From: Geosiphon pyriformis uo1
Lineage: Eukaryota; Fungi; Glomeromycota
Length of the DNA: 64,000 bases
Reading direction: 5' to 3'
NCBI GenBank assembly: GCA_016748015.1
Contig: JAAOMT010000439.1
Location: 579,527-643,526, forward strand
The notes beneath the pieces are model-generated. The model saw only the letters and a program-made list of their open reading frames with translations, ran no database searches and was not told where the DNA came from. The stretch's first letter is position 1. Every line of letters begins with the position of its first letter. Below are positions 55,439 through 64,000 of the stretch, in pieces. The position numbers and the translations under genes were made by a program.

Positions 55439-56136
55439 GTAGTCATTAATATTCTGAAACTTGTATTTAATATTATATTAATTGGCAATTGTAATTCTTT
55501 TAAAGTTATTTAACTATTTAATTAGATCTTGTATATTATTTTTAAATAAGAATAATAAAGTATTGTTTTTTTATTCTAAAGCAATTTGTATATCTTGAAA
55601 AGCAACTAGAATGTTTGTTTATATTAAGTTATTAACTATTAATTTAAAAATAACTGTTTTTGTAAAAAAATCTAATTTACTTAAAAAAAAATCAAAAACA
55701 AAAACAGTTTAATAGCTTTTTTTTCTATTTTAAAAAAGTTTTTAATTAACTAATAAGCAGCTATTCAAATATTCGAAATTAGGTGGTAATTATTTAAAGA
55801 TAATAAAGTATAAAAACTAAATAATATTGTTATTTTTTTTTAAAAAGAGTTTTAAAATAAACTTAATTAAAGAAATATATAGTATAAACAGTATAAATTT
55901 CAGCTAAATATTTGTTTAAAAACCAGTTTCAAAAGTTTTGAAATTATTTGCTAAATTAATTTTAAACAGAAAAGCAAATTAAGCAAAAAAACAAAAAATT
56001 AAGTTTAATAAAGTTTAAATTATTTTTGTTGTATACTTTAAAGTATTTTTCTAATTGTTATAATAAGTATAAATTATTATTCATATAATAAAAAACAAAG
56101 TAAAATTTAACAACTTTACAAAAAACACTACTTTTA

Positions 56137-56855
56137 TGTTATAAGTTAGAATAATAAGCTAATAAATAACAAAATAAAACAGAATTATATAATAATAAGA
56201 ATAATTAAAGAGAATTTAACTTTAAAAAGTAAATTAAATTAATATAAATTTAATATGCAAAATCTGTTTTATAAATATTTTAGTTACTATTCTTTTTAAA
56301 AGATAACAAAAAAATCTGAAAATAGAAAGATAATTTATATTTTTAACAAAAAATAATACATTAATATAATTTTATATCTTATATTAATGTTTTTAAAATT
56401 TAATATTAAGTATTAATTATATTTTTCAATAATATTTATTTAATAATTTTTAAACTAATAATCTTAAATAAATATTAATAAGTAATCTTTTATTACAAAA
56501 ATGTTTAAATACTTAAAGAAAATCAAAAAAAAGAAATAAACAAATTAGAAAATATTAAATATTTAGAAATAGTTTTTATTATTTTAATTTATATATGTCT
56601 TATATATTAGAACATGTTTTTTAAAGCTAAAATATATATTATTTATATAATTATTTAAAATGGTTAATAATTAAGTCAATAACTAAGTCAATAATTAAGT
56701 TATTAATTAGATTAATAATTAAATTATTAATTAGGTTAATAATCAAATTAATAATTAAATTAATAATCAAATTATTAATTAAATTATTGATTATTTTCTA
56801 AAAATAAAATAGTTAACTATATAATATTAATAATTAATACATATGATAATTAATA
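56137..56855 (-). repeat. 5' LTR of the old gypsy element (outer boundary uncertain)
   Basis: Direct repeat of 39162-39785; the adjacent minus-strand tagtgttttttgtaaag equals the PBS tggtgcttcctgtgagg with transitions only. Confidence 0.78.
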
Positions 56856-58580
56856 AAAAAACAAAAATAATTGTTTTTTTAAATATATTTATAAAAATTT
56901 TCTTAATTATTATAGTTTAATCTAAATAAATTTTGTTTTTAAAAATTGTTGTTTATTTAAATTTTTTTTATTGGTTAATATTATAACTTAATTTATGTTT
57001 TTTTAAAAATAAATATTAATTTAATAATTTTTTTAAATTTTAAAGAAATAATAAACTTTTTAAATCTATTTATTATCAAAATCTTTTTTAATAATCTATA
57101 ATTTTATTATAATACTTTTTTTTTAACTGTTATTATTATTTTAAAATTATAAATTTAAGTACTTTTTTTTGAATATTAATAATTTTAGTTAGTAATATAA
57201 GTATTATATATTATTATTGTTTTAATAATAATATAAGTATAATTGTATAAATTTATTTTATAAAGTACAAGAAAAAAAAAATTATAAAAAATGTTTATAA
57301 GATAAAAAAATCATAAAATTATTAAAGTTTATTTTTGGATAAAACCAGCTTAAAATTTATTTAAAGAATAATAATTAATTTTTACTTAAGAATATAAAAA
57401 TAAATAGAAATATTAAAAAAAAGGTAAAACTATTATATTAAAAATTGAATCAAAATTTTTTTAATTAATTATTAAAAAGATGTGATTTTTAATGATTTAA
57501 TTTAGAAAAAAAATAAAAAAAGTTATTAAAAAGATATAAAAATAGTAATATAAATTGAAAATAGTATTATTTAAATATTTAATTAATATATTTTAATAAG
57601 ATGTTTTATTATAATACTTTATTTTATTTAAACAAAATTATAATAAAAGTAATTTTTTTATAAAATAATAAAAAATAATATAATTAAAACTAATTACTAA
57701 TAATAAAATAAGTATATATATAAAAATAAAAAAAGTATTTAAAACAGAAAAAAAAAGAAAAAACCTATTGCTTATAATAAAATTATAATAAAAAGTTAGT
57801 TTAATATAAAATTAATACTTTTTTTAGTTTTCAAAAAAACTGTATATATAGTTAAATTATCTAAAATTTATATATTATATTAATATTATTTTAATTATAT
57901 TAAATTAATCAATTTATTTTGAACTTATTAAGCATATTATTTTTTTAAATAATTAGATTTAAATAACTAAATTTAAAACTTAATTGTAAATTAATAATAC
58001 TAATTATAATTATAATTATATTTAACATAATTAAAAACAGATTAATTGATTATATTTTTTAATAATTATTTTTAAGTTAGATTATTTAAATAAAATATAT
58101 AAAAATTTTAAAACTTATTATTATTAGATTATATATATTAATTCTAAATTTTTATTGATGTTTTTTAGTTTGTTAAAATTTTTTTATATTTAATTTAAAA
58201 TAACTAAATTGTATTATAATTTAATTATAATTAAATTAATTATTAATCTTTTACTTTTTTATTGTTGATTAATATTTGTTAAATTAACTTTGATAATATA
58301 ATTTTTTTTACATAATTTTGCTGCTAATTTTATAGTATATATTGTAATTTTTTGTATAAAATATTGTGTTTTTAATACTATAATATTATTAAAAAATTAA
58401 TATTTAATATATAAAATTTTTAATAAATATTTCTACTATTTTTTAATAATTTTGAAATCAATTTAAATTTTGTTCAAATTAATAATATAATAATAAAAAA
58501 AAGTATTATTTTTTTATGTTATAGTTTAAAAATCTAAAAAAAATTAATTATTTTATTTGTATTTTAAGAGTATATTTTTA

Positions 58581-61500
58581 ATCACAATAAGTTCTCTTGT
58601 TGATCCCCTGGTCACAATAAGAGACAGAATATACCGAAGAAATAACTTTTACTTACTCCCTTTTCTCTTTATCTTCACAGTTATTTTTTCCAACATATCT
58701 TTGTTCGTGAGTATAGATCCAATAGGCTCTTCAGCTGGTGGGTTGGGGATCTGGTCTGGTGTCAAAACCAAATGGTTGGTGAGTGCTCACTTATGTGGTG
58801 CTTCTTACAAAAAACCCAAGAAATCTACCATCATGGATGATATGGTCAATACATTGGCTGGCTTTCTTTTTTTTGTAAGTATGGTTATTGATAGCAACAA
58901 ACCTGCGAGGTTCTGGGGCAGTAAAGTAAACAGCAAGACAAGCAGCATCAGCAGTATATCGAACCTGGAGAACATGAAGGATACAGTTGCAGAAGAGACC
59001 AGCTACGCAGATTCAAACACCTCGGAAGTTGATAATACTATGGATGACGCAACACCCAAGAAAACTCGTACCAGGACATATGTTATGAGAAATAAACTGA
59101 AGACTATTTCTTTCAACAACTTGAGTAATGACAATAATAATATTTTAACACTTCCAGTCCCTAAATTTTCTGGTGCTAAGTGTTTGCTGTCTGTCAAGTT
59201 ATGTGTCATAAATAGGCAAAATTTCGAGCCAGTCAAATCTTTCACTTTAGATATTGAGCTATCTGCTGTGCTGGGCAAAACTATTAGTGATAAGTTGATT
59301 GCTGTCAAAAAATTTTTTTATTAAATTGATGGTTTTGGGGGGGCATCAACTCTCTCAAAATTTCCTGGGATCATCAGATCTTCATTTACTTCAGAATTAA
59401 GTTTAAAAAGAGCTAGAGAATTGGCAATTCATGAGAAAATTGTAGCAAATAATAATGTTAGGTAAGTAAACAAACTTTTGGATTGGGTAATTGTTGTTAA
59501 AGAGATTCCAATCAATCTTCTCAAATTGGCTGTGGAATCTGTTTTTTCCAAGTTTGGCAAGGTTGTATCAATCAAGATGCAATTGATTGGCCTGTGGCAA
59601 AAAGCTTTAGTGGAGTTTGAGTTATTTGAGATAGCTGATTTGGTTGTAGCTAGATAGTCTGTTTTCTTGGAAAAGGATTCTGTTCATGTAGCAAAAGCTA
59701 TTAATAATAAACAATCATGGATTTCTAGGGATTTACATCAGGCATTGCTTTATACTCTTCCAATTGGTATGACAGCTCATGATCTTTCTAATTTGTTGAA
59801 ATCATATGGTAAAAAGACTTGTTTCATTGGCCATAATCCCAGTTCATATGTGTGTGATAGATGTGTGGTTGTGTGTTTTGGTGATGAGACATCTAAATTG
59901 GCTGTTATTGGTTCTATTCTAGTGTTTAAGGGTGTGAATTTGTGTTGAACTGGTCTTTCTTTGGCCCTTTGTGCTTATTGCAAACAGTTTGATCATATCT
60001 CTATGGAGTGTTCATTGGGTGAGAATTCTGGTGCTCGTGGTAAATAGATGGTAACTTCTTAGAATCAAATGTGATTGGCCAACATATATAAGAAGAAGCA
60101 GACTCCTATCATTCATCCAGTTTTTTTTGGTAATAAGACTTGGGCTCAAGTTGCTGGTAGGTCTCTTTCCCGTGTGGTTTCTTCAGTCTTTTCTGATGCT
60201 GGTGTGTTTTCTGGTGGGAAACCATTATCATTAGTGTCTTCTTCTCCTAATGTCTCTGGTTTAAGTAATTGTTTGGCAGCTTTGGAATGCTCTTTGGAGC
60301 TTTTGGCAGATCAAGTGTCAGATATTTTAAAAAGATTGAATGGTGTTGAATTGGTGTTATTGGTGCCTCTTTTTTGTGTTTTTCTGCCAGCTGTTTTTAT
60401 GCCTAAGGTGTCAGTCTTGATCTTGGATATGCTTGCAGATAGCATGTTGGCATCTTCTGATCCCCTCTCTTCAAATGTTGATGTGTCAGATGCTGGTTTT
60501 GGTTCTAGTATTTCTAAGGTTTTAATTACCAAGGTGGGTGGTTTGGAATCTAAATTGTTGGCTTTAGATGCTTCTGTTAGTATAGTTTTGGTGAGATTGG
60601 ATCTTTTGTGTTCTGGTGCTGGTTTTTTGCTCCCTCAATCTTTCCAATAAGCAGTCTGGTTTGAAAATTTGCTATGTGTAATGTTTGTGGTCTGACTGTT
60701 CTTGCTAAACAAGGGAATGTTGTCCATTGACATAAAGAATCAGGCAATATGATGTTTTTTGTTACAGAAACCAAGTTGCACTCTAGCATTAAATCTTGGA
60801 TTGCTGATAGGTTCAATGGCATCTGTGTTTTTATGTTGGGTTTAGATAAGGGGTTTTTTGATACTGAGATGGCTATTATTATAGACAGTTTCTTGGCTCG
60901 TTATGTTTCTAAGGTGGAGGAGATTTCCAGTTGGGTTATTTCTGTTTGGCTCTTGTTTAAGGACAAGCTTTCAATCACTTTTCTGGGGTTGTATGCAGGT
61001 GCCTCTTCTAAAGTCAGGTTTGGTTAGACTTCTGAAGTTAACTCTCTCATTGTGAGGGCTGTTAACTCCAGCACTTTTGTTGTTTTGGGTGGGGACTTTA
61101 ATGAAAATGGATCTGGTAAAAGTGCAAGTTTTAAATTCTGTTTGGGTTTGAATTTGGTTAATTTATTTGTTGATTCTCATTTGGCTGGATCTCCTATGTG
61201 GAACAACTCAAGAGGGATTGAAAAAACAATTGATTACATTTTTGTTAGTAGAAACTTATTATCTGCTGTTGCTGATCATAAGGTTGCCTCAGTTTCAGAT
61301 TTCTTTGACACTGACCACAAGGCAGTAGTGGTGTCGGTTGGTTTGGGTGGGCTCCTAGATGTTCATTTGAATAGTTTACACAAACAGGCAAACAGGAATT
61401 GTTGAAAGTTCAAAATTAAGGATGCTAACTGTGCTTAATGAACCAAGTTCAAGAATCTCTTGTCAACCAAGCTTGTATTGTTGAGTAAGTTGTTTTCTAG

Positions 61501-64000
61501 TGTTAAATCATGTAGAGATGTGGATGCTATATAAGCAGTTTTGGAGGGAGCTATGGTGGAGTCTGCTGATGTGACATTTTTGAAACATTGGTTTAACAAA
61601 TTTAGGTGTTCAAGAAACAAACATTCTTCTAAGTTTTTTGGTTTGAAATTGTTGGTAGCCAAAATCGTCAAAGCATTTTGCTCTGATGATTTGCCTGAGA
61701 TTGATTATCTAGTGAGTAGGTGGTCAACTTTGGATGATGTCAAGGCTCATGTTTTTGATGTCTTATTCTGCTCAGATGTGAAGTCTGAAGTTATTATTAA
61801 ACATTTGTCATTGGTCTACAAAAACTACAGGAGGTTAAAGATGTTTAAGTTGAGGTTGGCTGAGGAAGTATCTATTAAGAAGGTTATTGAAAGATGCATG
61901 GAAAATTTTTGTTTAGATAAAAGTAGTATGATCAAAAGTGTGTTGGACAAACTCTTTCACAAAATGGTGTTAGATCACTTAGTGGTTGACAATAAGCTGA
62001 TTTTAGAACCCAAGGAGGTAAAGTTGGGTGTGGACAAGATCATAAAAGGATAGACAAGGGAGTGTTCAGTGCTTTCTGATCTTTGGACCTGTCAGTATGC
62101 GTCTTTGGATTATGTTCGGGATGATGCTTTTTCTGGTGTTATGTGTGTTGTCAATATGGACAAGTTGCTTCTAGTTGTTTTTAGTCTGCCTGATAGCAAG
62201 ACTGCTGGTTTGTCTGATATTCCGAATAAGCTGTGGAAACATAGTGGTAAGGTGGCTCTGAGGTGCTTGTTGGAGCTGTTAAATATATGTTTGGCTGTTG
62301 GTTTGGTGCCTGCTTTGTGGAAAAGGCGTGGATTTTGATGATTTCTAAGCCTTATGACTGAGATGAGGTTCTCACAAACACTCAGCCCATTGCTTTGATT
62401 GAAACTGCCAGGAAAATCCTTTCTAAGATTCTGTCTAATCATATTTTGGTGGCTTGTAGCAAGTTTAATGTGCTTCAAGGTGACAATTTTTTGGTGTTGA
62501 AGGGTATGTCTATACAATCTCCGGTGTTTGCTGTCAGGTCAATAATTGAAGATGCTCTTGAAAAGAATAGGGAAGTGTGATTGGTTTTGCAGGACATGCA
62601 GAAAGCCTATGATTCAGTGGAGTGGCATCATTTAAGGACTAGCTTGCAGTGTATCAAGATGTGTGAAAGATTCATTAGGTTTTTTGGCAGTATTCATGAG
62701 GACAGAGTTAACAGGGTAATGACTGATTTTGGTTTGTCTGGTGGTTATAGGGTACATGATGGACTGGATTAGAGTGAGGTCTTTTTGTCTCTTTTGTGGA
62801 GGATTTTTTATGACCCTCTTTTGTGTGAAGTCAAGAGGCACGAACAATTGTGTGGATATCGAATTGATACTAGATTTGTTTTGAAGACTGGAAAAATTGA
62901 GAGTGGTAGAAATCTCATCTCATATTTTTTAGCTGGTGCATTTGTTAATAATACAATCTGAGTTGGGAATTGTCAAGTCTCTACTCAGTATACTTTGAAC
63001 ATTGCCAATGAGTTTTTTGAGGTCAATGATATTTCTATCAACAGTGAAAAGACAGTGGCTATTCCCATTAATCAGGGTGTTAAAGTTGCTTCATTGAGTA
63101 TTTGTGGACAGCCTATTTTGATTGCTAAGAAGAACAAGACACATCACTATCTGGATATCTTTTTGTCTACTGAGGGGTTATCCAAACCAAGTGTTGCCAA
63201 AGCTCATACTGATGTTCGTTTTTTTGTTAATATTGTGCTTAGAAAAGTTATTATGGATAAGCAATTCTTATATTTGGTTTCAGCTGTCTTGCAGCCTATT
63301 GTCAGCTATTGTATTTAGTTTAGCTTTGTCCCTTCTAATGTTTGTCACAAGTGAAATGTATTGGTTAAGAAAGGCCTTAAGTCTAAAGCTTGTTTTTTCC
63401 ATGACTTTCCTGATGCCGCTTTACATCATCCCTCATTGTATAGCCTAAAACCATTTGAGCAGATGCAGTCTGAAGGGAAGATGGCTGCTCTGATAATGTT
63501 CTCTAATGCCCCTGGTATTCTTGGGCATTTGTTTAATCATAGATTTTTGGATTTGCAAGTTCTGGGTTGGGCTTTTCTAGACTCTTTGTAGTTTCCTGTC
63601 AGGTTATGTGTTAGTTTGGTGAACAATTTTCTAGTTGGGTTGGTTAAGATTTTTTTGGACAATGAGCTGTCTTTGGTAAACAATTTCCCTACTGTTTTTC
63701 ATAATCCTGGCCATTTTCTTTTGTTTTCTATTCTTGGAAAGTCTCTGTACTTTAATTCGGTCAAATCTCTTAAATGTTTTGGTGTTGTCTTTGGTAATTG
63801 GCTTTTTGATAAGAAAGATGGCTTGTTGGATTGGAAAACTTTTTGCCATTGGAAGAGATTGGATCCATGTGGTCTTGTGCCTCATTGGTTTGTGGTTGTA
63901 TCTGAGTTTTTTCTGGGTAAGAGGTTCTCATTATCTGGCACTACTGGTTCTGTTGAGCTACATAGGTTGGATGTATTAGGGTCTAGTAAGTTTTCTGCTA
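58581..64000 (+). mobile_element. LINE copy F (divergent subfamily), cut by the window end; ORF1 ~58713-60650, ORF2 from ~60647
   Basis: KSFTLDIEL, knuckle CAYCKQFDHISMEC, APE motifs (TETK, GGDFN, TIDY, DTDH), RT motifs QDMQKAYDSV, GLD*SE, AFVNN (from AFVDD). Confidence 0.93.

Larger units (their letters stand above)
39162..56855 (-). mobile_element. Old, AT-eroded Ty3/gypsy element, split by the younger element at 45264-55438
   Basis: Direct repeats 39162-39809 and 56137-~56855. Minus-strand RT relic at ~42860-42690 (KKDKILCFYINYY*LN...INLTTKFWQI); integrase relic at ~41115-41045 (YYF*TNNLMKYFNRILY, from YHPQTNGLVERFNRTLC); PBS relic at 56130-56114; PPT-like tract next to 39810. Confidence 0.82.

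Overview
Eukaryotic, almost certainly fungal, DNA with a very AT-rich background. The repeat and gene content suggests an early-diverging (Mucoromycota/Glomeromycotina-like) fungus; this is inference, not a database match. Only two host genes are present, adjacent on the minus strand: an intron-rich MMAA/MeaB GTPase (6725-8855, with a 5-nt micro-exon) and 5-aminolevulinate synthase HEM1 (9160-11212). The rest is retrotransposon-derived. There are six LINE copies or fragments (APE endonuclease, RT, RNase H), two of them a near-identical inverted pair. There are four solo LTRs or LTR relics. A full-length 10.2-kb Ty3/gypsy element (Cys-rich accessory domain, dUTPase, integrase in a separate frame, extra 3' ORF) is nested inside an older gypsy element. 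All repeats, but not the host genes, are decayed almost exclusively by C>T/G>A transitions, grading into extremely AT-rich relics, which points to a RIP-like or deamination-type defence. The LINE 3' UTR is a conserved, apparently pseudoknotted RNA element. Coordinates were read by eye; the boundaries of degraded relics are approximate.
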